Positions 41,791-51,815 of a stretch of 64,000 nt of DNA are shown piece by piece. This DNA is from Capsulimonadaceae bacterium (GTDB lineage: Bacteria; Armatimonadota; Armatimonadia; Armatimonadales; Capsulimonadaceae). The stretch is taken from contig OZ244065.1 of the NCBI GenBank assembly GCA_965215505.1, forward strand, positions 1,888,001 to 1,952,000, read 5' to 3'. The position numbers and the translations under genes were made by a program. The notes below the pieces were generated by a model, which was not told where the DNA came from, did not search any database, and saw nothing but the letters and a program-made list of their open reading frames with translations. Position 1 is the stretch's first letter, and the number at the start of each line of letters is the position of its first letter.

Positions 41791-42039
41791 TTACTGCAAC
41801 TGGCGGTAGGATCGTTCGCGCAGCCACTCCGTTAATGCTGCGAGGCTGGTATGCTGGTCCACCTCTTGCGCTGTGACCCGGAAATTGTCGTGGAAATAGA
41901 ACTTCTGGTCGTATTTCCCTTCGGTATTGCTTAGGGTACAGACGTTGACGCTTTGGGTGTCCTTCTTATTGAATACCTTGATGCGCCGTCCCTGAACCTT
42001 CACCCAACTCGTCCTTGGGGTCTGTGATAAAATCGCCAT
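41791..42039 (-). CDS. hypothetical protein (82 aa), lower GC
   Basis: GGAGGAG RBS, ATG at 42039. Confidence 0.6.
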   Translation of the reverse strand: MAILSQTPRTSWVKVQGRRIKVFNKKDTQSVNVCTLSNTEGKYDQKFYFHDNFRVTAQEVDQHTSLAALTEWLRERSYRQLQ

Positions 42040-42073
42040 TAGTTCTCCTCCTATGGATGTGTGCCGCCGCATA

Positions 42074-42568
42074 TTATGCGGCGGACTGAAGCCACGCCTG
42101 CGCCACTTCTTTTGACATGCAGTAGTAGTATTGGGCGTCGTTGTTGACCGCCCAATGATGTTCGACTGGCCAGAACGTGCTTTTGATGGGAACGCCGAAG
42201 TCACGCTTGATCACTTTGGTAAGAGAACCGAGGCTGCTACCGGCCGGGCGGGATTCGGTGAAGCCTGCGGCGGTGTAGATCTCCTTGAAGGAGATCCACT
42301 CACCGGGACGTGCTGCGGTCATATCCAGCAGCTTGAGGCCGATGGGGAGCTTCAGCCCTTTTCTGAGTATCCTCATGTTGTTGATCTGCGTCCAGTCAAT
42401 GGACTGAGGCTCGTGTTCTGCTCCTGCCGTTTGTGTTCCTGCCATTTCTACGGGAACAGTGGCCGCCGATTCCATTGCCTTCGCCAAGGCTTGGATGACG
42501 AGCGGCAAAAATCGCTTCGGCAGGGGGAAGCTGATGATTTCATCATCGAGAAGGCTGGTTGTACTCAT
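42074..42568 (-). CDS. hypothetical protein, possible winged-helix domain
   Basis: AGGAG RBS; LLD..A.RPG.W.SF.EI...AG...P.G..LG pattern; very AT-rich upstream region. Confidence 0.6.
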   Translation of the reverse strand: MSTTSLLDDEIISFPLPKRFLPLVIQALAKAMESAATVPVEMAGTQTAGAEHEPQSIDWTQINNMRILRKGLKLPIGLKLLDMTAARPGEWISFKEIYTAAGFTESRPAGSSLGSLTKVIKRDFGVPIKSTFWPVEHHWAVNNDAQYYYCMSKEVAQAWLQSAA

Positions 42569-42871
42569 TTGTGCTTGTTTCTCCTATAGAAGTCTTTATA
42601 TAAGCATTATACACTATTTTTAGCTCTTTAAGCAATACTATAAGGAAATTTGTTATAATTATCTATTTTAAGCGTTTGGTTTGTGTTTCTGTTTATGGAA
42701 GTCGTTTCTGCTGGTTCGGAGTTGGCGAAGATAGAAAGTTCTCTTAGCCCCCAATGATAGGAGGGAGCAGGAGGGGTTCACTTCAGAGGGCACACTAGAT
42801 AACGCCTATACAGAACAGAACGCCTCTCATCGCCCTCAAAGATTGAGGGGCATAGGGATCATCTGCGACTG

Positions 42872-43564
42872 TTACTGCGGGACAGTGGGGGCGACGTAGC
42901 GGAGCATGACGACATAGTGGCAGGCGCTTCCGGCGAGGACGAAGAGGTGCCAGAGGTCGTGGGCATTGAAGCGGCCGGGCCAGAGGTGGGGGCGGTCGGC
43001 GGCGAAGACCAGTCCGCCAGCGGTGTAGAGGAGGCCGCCGGCGAGGAGCCAGCCGAAGCCTTCGGGGGTGAGGGCGTGCCGGAGGGGACCGGCGGCGAGG
43101 AGGGCGAGCCAGCCGATGACGGCGTAGAGGAGGACGCGCGCCCAGTCGGGGAGGCCATGCCGGGGGCGGCTGCCAAGGATGCCGAATGCCGCGAGGGCGA
43201 CGACGGTGGTGCCCAGCCCCCAGCCCCAGGGGCCACGCAGGCTGACGAGGCAAAGGGGGGCGTAGGTGCCGACGAGGAACAGGAAGATGGCGATGTGGTC
43301 CACGCGCTGCCAGCGGTCGAGTTCTTCTTCAGGCCGCCAGAGGGAGTGATAGAGGGCGCTGACAGCGTAGAGGAAGGTGAGACTCAGGCCGTAGAGGGCG
43401 AGGCCGACGGTGCGGCTCGGGTCGCCGTGGGCGCGGAGCAAGAGGGCGAGGAGGCCGAGGAAGGCGAGACACGCGCCGAGGCCGTGGGAGAGGCCACAGA
43501 AGGGTTCGCGGATGAAGAAGCGGCGGCTTGCGGGGGCGGCGTCGGTGGTGATGGGGTCGGTCAC
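42872..43564 (-). CDS. hemolysin III / PAQR family membrane protein
   Basis: REP..GLSH, S.LYH, DHIAIF...GTY.P, HDLWHLFVLAGS..HY. Confidence 0.92.
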   Translation of the reverse strand: MTDPITTDAAPASRRFFIREPFCGLSHGLGACLAFLGLLALLLRAHGDPSRTVGLALYGLSLTFLYAVSALYHSLWRPEEELDRWQRVDHIAIFLFLVGTYAPLCLVSLRGPWGWGLGTTVVALAAFGILGSRPRHGLPDWARVLLYAVIGWLALLAAGPLRHALTPEGFGWLLAGGLLYTAGGLVFAADRPHLWPGRFNAHDLWHLFVLAGSACHYVVMLRYVAPTVPQ

Positions 43565-43744
43565 GGGTTATGGAGGCCCTTCCTGGAGCCGTGGGTTAGG
43601 ATACCCGATAATGGGGGAGAGGAACCGGGCGGACCTAACCCCGCGACAAGTCGCGACCCTTCCCTTTTAGGGCAGGGTGAAGAGGGGCGAAGGGAACGGG
43701 CGGCGGGGAGAGGGCGTTGGGGAGAAAGAAGGCGGGAGCATCAG

Positions 43745-44944
43745 ATGACTGAGTTCATGTTTGCGACGGGGATCGAGAACAGCTATCCGACGATCCGGCT
43801 GCCGGATGGGCGGACGCATCGGGTGGACGAGATGGCGAAGTGCGGGCACTATGCGCGCTGGCGGGATGACTTCCGGCTGGCGCGGGAGTTGGACATCGAG
43901 TTCCTGCGGTACGGGCCGCCGCTGTTCTCGGCGCACGCGGGGCCGGGGCGGTACGACTGGGACTTCACGGATGAGACGTTCGGGGCGCTACGGGGGATGG
44001 GGATCACGCCCATCGTTGACCTGTGCCATTTCGGGGTGCCGGACTGGGTGGGCGGGTTCGACAACCCGGACTGGCCCGCGCTGTTCGCCGAGTACGCGCG
44101 GGCCTTCGCGGTGCGGTTCCCGTGGGTGCGGTACTACACGCCGGTGAACGAGATCTTCGTGGCGGCGACGTTCTCGGGGCAGCTCGGGTGGTGGAACGAG
44201 CGGGGGGCGACGGACCGGGGGTTTGTCACGGCATTAGGGAACCTGTGCCGGGCGAACACATTGGCGATGCGGGCGATTCTGGAGGTGCGTCCCGACGCGG
44301 TGTTCATCCAGAGCGAGTCGTCGGAGTATTTCCATGCGGCGGCCCCGGACGTGCTGGCGGCGGCGAACGTGCTGAACGAGAAGCGGTTCTTGTCGCTGGA
44401 CCTGACGTATGGGCGTCCGGTGAACGCGGTCATGTACGAGTACCTGATGGACAACGGCATGACGCGGGCGGAGTACCACTGGTTTCTGGAGAACCAGGTC
44501 AAGGCGAACTGCGTGATGGGGACGGACTATTACGTCACCAATGAACACCTGGTCCACGCGGACGGGAGCGTAACGCCTTCGGGGGAGATCTTGGGCTACT
44601 ACGTCATTACGACGCAGTATTACAAGCGCTACCACCTGCCGGTGATGCACACGGAGACGAACCTCGCGGACGCGGACCACTCGTGGGACTGGCTATGGAA
44701 GCAGTGGATGAACCTGTTCCGTCTGCGCCAGGACGGGGTGCCGATTCTGGGGTTCACCTGGTACAGCCTGACGGACCAGGTGGATTGGGACACGGCCCTG
44801 CGCGAAGACAATGGGCACGTCGCGCCGGTGGGGTTGTGCGACATGGACCGGAACGTGCGCCGGGTGGGGCTGGAATACAAGAAGCTGATCGGCCAGTGGA
44901 AGGACATGCTGCCGACGGGGAGCGAGAGTCTGGGGCGGCGGTGA
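43745..44944 (+). CDS. family 1 glycoside hydrolase-like protein
   Basis: DLCHFGVPDW, TPVNEI, MHTETN, GFTWYSLTDQVDWD. Confidence 0.85.
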   Translation: MTEFMFATGIENSYPTIRLPDGRTHRVDEMAKCGHYARWRDDFRLARELDIEFLRYGPPLFSAHAGPGRYDWDFTDETFGALRGMGITPIVDLCHFGVPDWVGGFDNPDWPALFAEYARAFAVRFPWVRYYTPVNEIFVAATFSGQLGWWNERGATDRGFVTALGNLCRANTLAMRAILEVRPDAVFIQSESSEYFHAAAPDVLAAANVLNEKRFLSLDLTYGRPVNAVMYEYLMDNGMTRAEYHWFLENQVKANCVMGTDYYVTNEHLVHADGSVTPSGEILGYYVITTQYYKRYHLPVMHTETNLADADHSWDWLWKQWMNLFRLRQDGVPILGFTWYSLTDQVDWDTALREDNGHVAPVGLCDMDRNVRRVGLEYKKLIGQWKDMLPTGSESLGRR

Positions 44945-45077
44945 GGCGCGGGCGGCATCACGGGGAAGGGACACGGATGATGAAAGAGGGACGGATGACG
45001 AAAGAGGGCGCGATGACGCAAGAGGGCGCGATGAATCGCGCCCCTACCAGGAGAGCGCGGGAGGGCAGGCAGCGAGA

Positions 45078-45701
45078 ATGGGCAAGGAACGGCTGGCGGC
45101 ATTTAGTGACGGGGTGCTGGCGATCATCATCACGATCATGGTGCTGGAACTGAAGGTGCCGCACGGGAATGGATGGGCCGCCCTGCGCCCGCTGGTGCCG
45201 GCGCTCCTGAGCTACGTTCTGAGCTTCGTCTATATCGGCATCTACTGGAACAACCATCACCACCTGCTGGCGGTGACGGAGCGGGTGAGCGGATCTATCT
45301 TGTGGGCCAACACGCACCTGCTGTTCTGGCTGTCCCTGGTGCCGTTCGCGACTGTCTGGGTGGGGGAGAACCGGGCCGCGCCGGTGCCGACGGCGGCTTA
45401 TGGGGTGGTGCTGCTGGCGGCCTCGCTGGCATATTGGCTGCTCCAAAGGACGATCCTGGCGGTGCAGGGGGCGGACTCGCGGCTGGCGTCGGCGGTGGGG
45501 AGGGACCTCAAGGGGAAGCTGTCGCCGGTCTTCTACACGCTCGCCATTGCACTGGCGTTCGTGCGGCCCTGGCTGGCGGACGGGGTGTATGTGCTGGTGG
45601 CCTTGCTGTGGCTGATCCCGGACCGGCGCATCGAGCGGGTGGTGTCAGAGGCGGAAGGCGAGGAGAACCGCCCAGCAGAGGGGTCATCAGGGGCGGTTTG
45701 A
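45078..45701 (+). CDS. TMEM175/DUF1211 potassium-channel family protein
   Basis: RLAAFSDGVLAIIITIMVLE, YWNNHHH, WLIPDRRIE. Confidence 0.92.
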   Translation: MGKERLAAFSDGVLAIIITIMVLELKVPHGNGWAALRPLVPALLSYVLSFVYIGIYWNNHHHLLAVTERVSGSILWANTHLLFWLSLVPFATVWVGENRAAPVPTAAYGVVLLAASLAYWLLQRTILAVQGADSRLASAVGRDLKGKLSPVFYTLAIALAFVRPWLADGVYVLVALLWLIPDRRIERVVSEAEGEENRPAEGSSGAV

Positions 45702-45736
45702 GCAACCCTTACGAAAACCTTGGGGGCTGGTCAGCC

Positions 45737-46150
45737 TCAGCCCTCGGGGACAGGATACTCCCCGTCCACTAAATCAATTAGATCAATCCGCTGCCCACAG
45801 GTCAGATGCCTACCACCGGCCCAACGATCAGGATCTTTGATTAAGAATGTGTACCCGCAGAAGGGGCAATCAATGATCGTTCCTTGGCGTGGGACAACGC
45901 TCATCGGAGGGTTGTGGCCTGCCGGCCACCAGGACTCCTTGCGAAGCCACTCCACACGCGCTCTAGCCTCTTTCTCTGCCGTCTCCGCTGTGTCATACAA
46001 GCCTGTACCCGTGGCGTATGGCTCCCTTGTATACGCTAGCGGGTTCCCTGTCATGACTTCTTGAGCGAAGAAAAAGAGGCTATCATCCCGCTGACAAATG
46101 AGGACGCGATGCGTCTGAGCGGCATTCACGATTTCTTTTATCTGGCACAT
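45737..46150 (-). CDS. hypothetical protein with C-terminal CPFC...H..C zinc motif
   Basis: ATG directly after ispA stop; lower GC. Confidence 0.6.
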   Translation of the reverse strand: MCQIKEIVNAAQTHRVLICQRDDSLFFFAQEVMTGNPLAYTREPYATGTGLYDTAETAEKEARARVEWLRKESWWPAGHNPPMSVVPRQGTIIDCPFCGYTFLIKDPDRWAGGRHLTCGQRIDLIDLVDGEYPVPEG

Positions 46151-46151
46151 A

Positions 46152-47057
46152 TCAGCTGTCGCGCTCGACGATGTAGTGGGCGAGGGCGCGCAGGGGGTCG
46201 GCGTCACTGTCGAAGCCGCCGAGGGCGGCGAGGGCGGCATCGCAGGCGCGGCGGGCGAGGGCGCGGGAGGCGGGGATGCCCAGCACCTTGGGGTAGGTGG
46301 CTTTGTCCTGTTTGAGATCGCTGCCCAAAGGCTTGCCGAGCTTGGCAGCGTCGCCTTCGAGGTCCAGGATGTCGTCGGTGATCTGGAAGGCCAGCCCAGT
46401 CTGGGCGCCGTAGGTGTGCAGGGCGCGTTCCTGGGCGGGTGTCGCGCCGCACAGCCGGGCACCGGCGAGCAGGGAGGCCAGCAGGAGTGCGCCGGTCTTG
46501 CGGGCGTGGATGGAGGCGACGGTGGCCTCGTCGAGATCGCCCAAGCCCTCGCTCTCGATGTCGGAGACCTGGCCGCCGACCATGCCGCGCGTCCCGGAGG
46601 CGCGGGCGACCATGGCGACGGCATCCAGAACGCGGTCGGCGGGGACATGGACGCGGCATTCGGCGATGAGGTCGAAGGCGAGGGCGAGCAGGGCGTCGCC
46701 CGCCAGGATGGCCAAGGCCTCGCCGTAGACGACGTGGGAGGTGGGGCTGCCGCGCCGCAGGTCGTCGTCGTCAATGGCGGGCAGGTCGTCGTGGATGAGC
46801 GAGAAGGTGTGGATGCACTCGACGGCGCAGGCGAGGGGCGTGACCCATTCCAACGGGCCGCCTACGGCCTCGGCCCCGGCATAGGCGAGGATGGGGCGGA
46901 GGCGCTTACCCCCGCAGAAGAGGGAGTACCGCATGGCTTCGTGCAGGCGCGGCGGCAGGCTGCCTATGGGGGGCAAATAGATGTCCAGGGCGCGGTCGGT
47001 GAGGGCGCGTCGCTCGGCGAGGTAGGCGGGGAGGTCGAAAGACTTGGCGAAGGTCAT
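46152..47057 (-). CDS. ispA: polyprenyl (farnesyl/geranylgeranyl) diphosphate synthase
   Basis: GGKRLRP, HDDLPAIDDDDLRRG, FQITDDILD, KATYP. Confidence 0.93.
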   Translation of the reverse strand: MTFAKSFDLPAYLAERRALTDRALDIYLPPIGSLPPRLHEAMRYSLFCGGKRLRPILAYAGAEAVGGPLEWVTPLACAVECIHTFSLIHDDLPAIDDDDLRRGSPTSHVVYGEALAILAGDALLALAFDLIAECRVHVPADRVLDAVAMVARASGTRGMVGGQVSDIESEGLGDLDEATVASIHARKTGALLLASLLAGARLCGATPAQERALHTYGAQTGLAFQITDDILDLEGDAAKLGKPLGSDLKQDKATYPKVLGIPASRALARRACDAALAALGGFDSDADPLRALAHYIVERDS

Positions 47058-47941
47058 CGGGAGGCCCCGGACCTTTCAGCCGCCTCCTGGGCGGCGGTGA
47101 GGGTGTTACGCATCAGCATGGCGATGGTCATGGGGCCGACACCGCCGGGCACGGGGGTGAGGGCGGAGGCGACTCCGAAAGCACCCGCGTAGTCCACATC
47201 GCCGACGTCGTGGCTGCGGCCCTCGACGCGGTTGTACCCGGCATCGAGGACGACCGCGCCGGGCTTGATCATGTCCCGCGTGATCATCTCGGCGCGGCCC
47301 ACGGCGGCGCAGAGGATGTCGGCCTGACGGGTGATCTCGGCGAGGTTTGGGGTGCGGGAGTGGCAGATCGTGACGGTGGCGTTCTCCTGCAAAAGCAGCA
47401 GGACGAGGGGCTTGCCGAGGATGACGCTGCGCCCGACGACGACGGCGTGTTTGCCGGCGATGGGCAGATGATAACGCTTCATCAGCTCGATCATGCCGGC
47501 GGGGGTGCAGGCGTGGAAGGCGGGCAGGCCGGCCACGAGTCGGCCCAGCGAAATGGGCGCGATGCCATCCACGTCCTTGGCGGGGTCCATCATGGAAAGA
47601 ATGGCCGGCTCGTCCATGTGCTTCGGCAGGGGATGCTGGACGAGGATGCCGTGTACGGACGGGTCGGCGTTGAGCATGGCGAGGCAGTCGGCGACCTCGG
47701 CCTGGGAGGCGTCCTTGGTGAACGGATAGGTGCGCGACCCGATGCCGGCGCGGGCGCAGGCGCGCTCCTTCATGGCGACATAGGTGGCCGAGGCGGGGTC
47801 ATCGCCCGCGAGGATGGCGGCTAATGTCGGGACGATGCCGGTCTCGGCGGTGAGACGTTTGGCGGCGGTGCCGACCTCGGCGCGGATGGTCTTGGCGGTG
47901 GCGGTGCCGTCCAGGATGATTGGCGTGTTGGGTGTGGTCAT
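47054..47941 (-). CDS. folD: methylenetetrahydrofolate dehydrogenase/cyclohydrolase
   Basis: HGILVQHPLP, KDVDG, GRSVILGKP, TPVPGGVGPMT. Confidence 0.96.
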   Translation of the reverse strand: MTTPNTPIILDGTATAKTIRAEVGTAAKRLTAETGIVPTLAAILAGDDPASATYVAMKERACARAGIGSRTYPFTKDASQAEVADCLAMLNADPSVHGILVQHPLPKHMDEPAILSMMDPAKDVDGIAPISLGRLVAGLPAFHACTPAGMIELMKRYHLPIAGKHAVVVGRSVILGKPLVLLLLQENATVTICHSRTPNLAEITRQADILCAAVGRAEMITRDMIKPGAVVLDAGYNRVEGRSHDVGDVDYAGAFGVASALTPVPGGVGPMTIAMLMRNTLTAAQEAAERSGASR

Positions 47942-47975
47942 GGTGTTTGGCAGATGATAAAGATTACCAGGGACG

Positions 47976-48092
47976 CCACGGGTTGAAACCCGAGGCACCG
48001 AAAAGCCCGCCGTCCAGGGGACGCGAGATGGGACCGGATAGGAAAGCAAGACGCAAGATAAGGAACGGAGGGCGGGGGGACCCCGCCCCTAC
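47976..48092. repeat. composite REP (family C hairpin + GTAG REP), direct repeat of 52405-52522
   Basis: CCACGGGTTGAAACCCGAGGC...GTCCAGGGGACG...GGCGGGGGGACCCCGCCCCTAC in both copies. Confidence 0.8.
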
Positions 48093-48105
48093 GGAACCAC
48101 GGCAT

Positions 48106-48669
48106 TCAGAAGATGCGCTGCGGCGGGGGCGGCCATGTCTCAGGAACGGATGGGAGGATGGGCGCTGCGCCGTCCAGGGCGCTGTGGCGGTAAGCCTGTG
48201 CCGTTTCCAGGAAGGCTTGCGCCTGCTCCGGGGTCGGGAAGGCGCGCTTGGGGACCAGGAACCCATAGCGTGGGCCGAGGAAGAGCGCGATCACCTGCGG
48301 ACTCTGGGCGATCTCGGTGACGTTCTGCCACTTGACCCGCGCCTCCAGGACGGAGGTCTGCTCGCGCAGACCGTCGGGCTGAAGGGAAAGGGTGTGCAGC
48401 CCGATCGCCCCCGGCCGTGCCTCCGTCAGAGCGATGATCGCGCGCCTCTGCGACCAGAGGAGGAAGGCGGTCCAGAGGACGGTCGCGCTGAAGAGGAGCA
48501 GCACATAGTACAAAAGAGGCATGTGCAGAAACCTCAACTCCACGGCGAGGATCGCCGGCAGGATCAGGAAGCGCACGAGTGCCTGCCGCTTCAGGGCGGG
48601 GACGCGGCCGATGACAAACCGGTTGTATCGCAGGTAGTCTTCCCGCTCTAGCTGGTAGGTTACTTCCAT
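48106..48669 (-). CDS. YcxB-like membrane protein
   Basis: 2 TM helices followed by W..V..I......LF......VPKRAF. Confidence 0.75.
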   Translation of the reverse strand: MEVTYQLEREDYLRYNRFVIGRVPALKRQALVRFLILPAILAVELRFLHMPLLYYVLLLFSATVLWTAFLLWSQRRAIIALTEARPGAIGLHTLSLQPDGLREQTSVLEARVKWQNVTEIAQSPQVIALFLGPRYGFLVPKRAFPTPEQAQAFLETAQAYRHSALDGAAPILPSVPETWPPPPQRIF

Positions 48670-48705
48670 CGCATCGTCCTGACGTTGGTTTGCTGACGGT
48701 GATAG

Positions 48706-49059
48706 TCAGACAAGTGACGGCTCCTGCGCGTGTGCCGCTTTGAGTCCCGAGGCATTGCGGAAACCGTTCCAGCCCGTGACCGCGACCCAATTCTGGCTGT
48801 CCTCATCAAAACGGATCACACCTCGGAAGAGCAGCGGGTCAGGGCTGCCCTCATCGTCCCCATCGTCCGTCCAGAAGTCCATCACAAGGCCAGGAGTCAG
48901 TGAATGGCCTAGCTGCCGCAGGTCGCTCTCCGTAGCATGAGAATTGAGCGGGATGATGTAATCGTCCCCCACCCTCCAGCCTGCGTTTAGGTCGGCGTAT
49001 ACGCGCGGCTTGTCTAGTAGATGTTGGCAGTTTAGTCGGATGGACGTCAAGGTTTCCAT
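48706..49059 (-). CDS. hypothetical protein, probable immunity/antitoxin
   Basis: AGAGGAG RBS; VYADLN...LN..AT..DL..LG..L.PG....FW.DD pattern; directly follows a toxin-like gene. Confidence 0.5.
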   Translation of the reverse strand: METLTSIRLNCQHLLDKPRVYADLNAGWRVGDDYIIPLNSHATESDLRQLGHSLTPGLVMDFWTDDGDDEGSPDPLLFRGVIRFDEDSQNWVAVTGWNGFRNASGLKAAHAQEPSLV

Positions 49060-49089
49060 GTTGTTAGCCCTCTCCTCTATCTTACTCCT

Positions 49090-49428
49090 CTATCTTACCC
49101 GGCTTGGGTTGATAACCGGCGGACTCAGCAGGCCGTGTGCGGCCTGAGCGGAACTACCCCCGACCAAGCAATGGTATGGCCTGTGGAGGCTGGGATCGGG
49201 CCGCACTTCTCCACCGGCGGCGCGGACGGCTCCGACCGTCGTGACCCCGACCAGGCGGTTGGGCAAACCGGTGGGAAGCTCCGCCACGGTTTTACCCGGC
49301 GCGCTGTTGACTGACACGCCTTGCAGATTGCCTGCGCCATCTGTCGTGACGCCGCTTCCGATCTCCAGCAACTCGACCGAGTTAAGACCGCCGCGGACAA
49401 CGAGCGCGTCATCAGGAAGTGGGGGCAT
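49090..49428 (-). CDS. orphan polymorphic-toxin-like domain
   Basis: VVRGG...GVSV.S...VGVTTVGAVRAAGGEV.P.P.....YH; recalled similarity to RHS C-terminal tips. Confidence 0.5.
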   Translation of the reverse strand: MPPLPDDALVVRGGLNSVELLEIGSGVTTDGAGNLQGVSVNSAPGKTVAELPTGLPNRLVGVTTVGAVRAAGGEVRPDPSLHRPYHCLVGGSSAQAAHGLLSPPVINPSRVR

Positions 49429-49515
49429 CGACTACTCCCTGTAAATCAGGTAAAAGGCCGACTGAGGCTGTACCATGTTTCCTGCGGCGGACCATCGTCA
49501 AGCCTCTTTCGCGTC

Positions 49516-50616
49516 TCACCAGTGCAGGGCCGTTTGGAGGTAGGCGGTCAGCTCGGCGGCGATCTGCTGGTGCTGGGCGAGGTCGGGGTGGCCGCCGCAG
49601 CCGCTGTTGTAGGAGCGGGAGAAGAAGAAAGTGTGGACGTTCTTGTCGCCGGCCTGATGCACCTGGTCAACGACCTGGGCCAGATTGTCTTTCAGATAGG
49701 CGGTCAGGCGGGCGTCGCCCATCGGGCTGGTCAGGCAGACGATCTGCGCTTTCGGGTAAGCGGCGCGGACCTGATGGATGAACTTGATGTAGTTGTCACG
49801 GAACGTGACCGGGTCCTGCTCGCCGTCGTTCTGGCCGAGGCAGAGGGTGACGACGTCTGGCTGGTAGAGTTTGAAGTCCCACGGCAGGGTTTTGTCGTGC
49901 AGGTCAAGGCTGCCGAACACGTCGGGCATGGTGACCTTCATGTCGCAGCAGCTATGCATCAGGCCGATGCCGGAAACGGAGGTCAGATGCCACTGGGCAT
50001 GAAGGGCGCGGGCGGTGGCGGGGCCGTAGCTCAGGTAGGCGTTGTGCTGGTCGTACCACGTCCCCTTGCCGCAGGGGACGACGGAGAGGTCGCTGCTGGC
50101 ACCGCAGGTGATTGAGTCGCCGATGAACTCCATCTTATGCTTGGGCTGGGGCGGCGGCGACAGGAGGCCCTCGCAGCGGAAGCCGACGAACTCCAGATAG
50201 CCCATCCCGGACTCGGTATCCTTGCAGACGGTGATCGTGTGCGCGCCCGGCGGCAACCCCTCAGCGGCCGGAATGATGTTGGTCTTGCCCGTGGTCTGTA
50301 CCCGGACGGGCGGGCGGGCGTCTACGGCGATCTCGATGTAGTTGTGGGTGCTGCCGTAGCGGACCTCGTCGTTGACAAGGACATCGCAGGAAGTGCCCCG
50401 GAAGCGGGCCTGGACGTAAGCGCCGGGTGCCCAGGCCTTCGGCTTCTTGGGGTCGGTGAAGTCGAACCGCCCGACGTAGCGGATGTCTTTGCTGTCGGCC
50501 TCGATCATGGGCAGATCTCCCTGGGCGCTCGCGCCTTTCGCGAGATGGGAGCGCAGGACGGCGGCGGAAGTGACCGTCAGCAGGCAAAGGGTAAGCAATA
50601 GGATGCGCTTTTTCAT
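49516..50616 (-). CDS. secreted SGNH/GDSL esterase (CE2-like)
   Basis: signal peptide; FIGDSITCG, LGQND, GHP. Confidence 0.88.
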   Translation of the reverse strand: MKKRILLLTLCLLTVTSAAVLRSHLAKGASAQGDLPMIEADSKDIRYVGRFDFTDPKKPKAWAPGAYVQARFRGTSCDVLVNDEVRYGSTHNYIEIAVDARPPVRVQTTGKTNIIPAAEGLPPGAHTITVCKDTESGMGYLEFVGFRCEGLLSPPPQPKHKMEFIGDSITCGASSDLSVVPCGKGTWYDQHNAYLSYGPATARALHAQWHLTSVSGIGLMHSCCDMKVTMPDVFGSLDLHDKTLPWDFKLYQPDVVTLCLGQNDGEQDPVTFRDNYIKFIHQVRAAYPKAQIVCLTSPMGDARLTAYLKDNLAQVVDQVHQAGDKNVHTFFFSRSYNSGCGGHPDLAQHQQIAAELTAYLQTALHW

Positions 50617-51815
50617 AGGGAGATCGGTCCAAAGGCCGGCACGGCGGCACCCGTGGCATCGGTGACGTTGCAGTAGGGGGCGAGGCCGTACCCGTACCAG
50701 AGGGACGCGCCCGGCAGGAGGGCAGGGTCGGTGAGCTTGAGAAGGGCGTCGGGGCCGTCGAGCGTGATCTTGTAGATGAGGGGCAGCTCGGCCCCGACGG
50801 CATCGCGCAGGGTGAAGCCGGCGGGGCGGCCTTGCGACTGCAAGCCGCCCTGGACATGGGCGAACGAGGCGCGGAGCCAGCCCTGGGCCGGCTCGAAGGT
50901 AACCGAGGCAAGGGCCGGGGCGGGCTGACCGGCGGCGACGGCGGCGAGGCGCTTGCCGAGCGATTTGAGGCCGGGCGTATCGATGTGAATGAGGTCGTCC
51001 AGCCCGCAGTCAACGGCGGAAACCATGCCGAGGTTCGGTAGGGTGTCCGCCCAGAGGCGCTGGGACTCGCGGACGCTGTTCCAGCCGGACACCAGTCCGG
51101 GGTCAGGGTCGGTGATGAACCCGCCAAGCTGGACATAGTAGAACGGCAGGTCGGGCCGGCCCAGGTCGGCGCGGAAGGACTGGACCAGGGCGGTCATGCG
51201 CGCCTGGTAGAGCGCGGCGTCGGCGGGGTTGGCGTCGGACTCGCCCTGATACCAGAGGATGCCCGACACTTTCCCGCCCACCGCTTTGACCCGTTCCAGG
51301 GTCGCGCCGTAGAGGGAGTGTCCACCCTGGCCTTTGCGGGCGGGGTCCCACTGCTGCATGGAGGTGCCGCCGTGGGCGGCGGGGACTAGCCCGATGGGGA
51401 CATTGGTCTGGTCGGCGCGGGCCTTGGCGAAGGTGAGGCCCAGGCCCGCGCCCTTGGTCCGGGCGGGGTCACGCGGGGGGACTTCGGTCGGCACGGGCAA
51501 GCCCCAGATGATGTGGTGAACGGGGCGCGGCGACTCGCCGAGCCAGTGCAGCGGCTCCTCGGCGGGTGCCCATCGCTCGCGGGACTGGAACGAGTGGACG
51601 AGGGGGTGCGGCGTCTCGACATCCACGAGGTCCCCCACCCCCTCCATGTTGCTCTGCCCGGCGAGTATCCAGAGGTCGCCGACGAGGACGTTTTGTGCCC
51701 CGCCGACCTGGTAGGGGCCGCCGGCGGGGAGTTCCAATGTCTCGCCCGTGTCGAGTGTGACGCGGGCGACGCCGTCGGCGTCCTGCTGCAATACTTGGTG
51801 ATCGTGGATGGTCAT
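50613..51815 (-). CDS. sialate O-acetylesterase (SASA/DUF303) family protein
   Basis: LAGQSNMEG, GILWYQGESD, VQLG, DLIH. Confidence 0.88.
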   Translation of the reverse strand: MTIHDHQVLQQDADGVARVTLDTGETLELPAGGPYQVGGAQNVLVGDLWILAGQSNMEGVGDLVDVETPHPLVHSFQSRERWAPAEEPLHWLGESPRPVHHIIWGLPVPTEVPPRDPARTKGAGLGLTFAKARADQTNVPIGLVPAAHGGTSMQQWDPARKGQGGHSLYGATLERVKAVGGKVSGILWYQGESDANPADAALYQARMTALVQSFRADLGRPDLPFYYVQLGGFITDPDPGLVSGWNSVRESQRLWADTLPNLGMVSAVDCGLDDLIHIDTPGLKSLGKRLAAVAAGQPAPALASVTFEPAQGWLRASFAHVQGGLQSQGRPAGFTLRDAVGAELPLIYKITLDGPDALLKLTDPALLPGASLWYGYGLAPYCNVTDATGAAVPAFGPISL

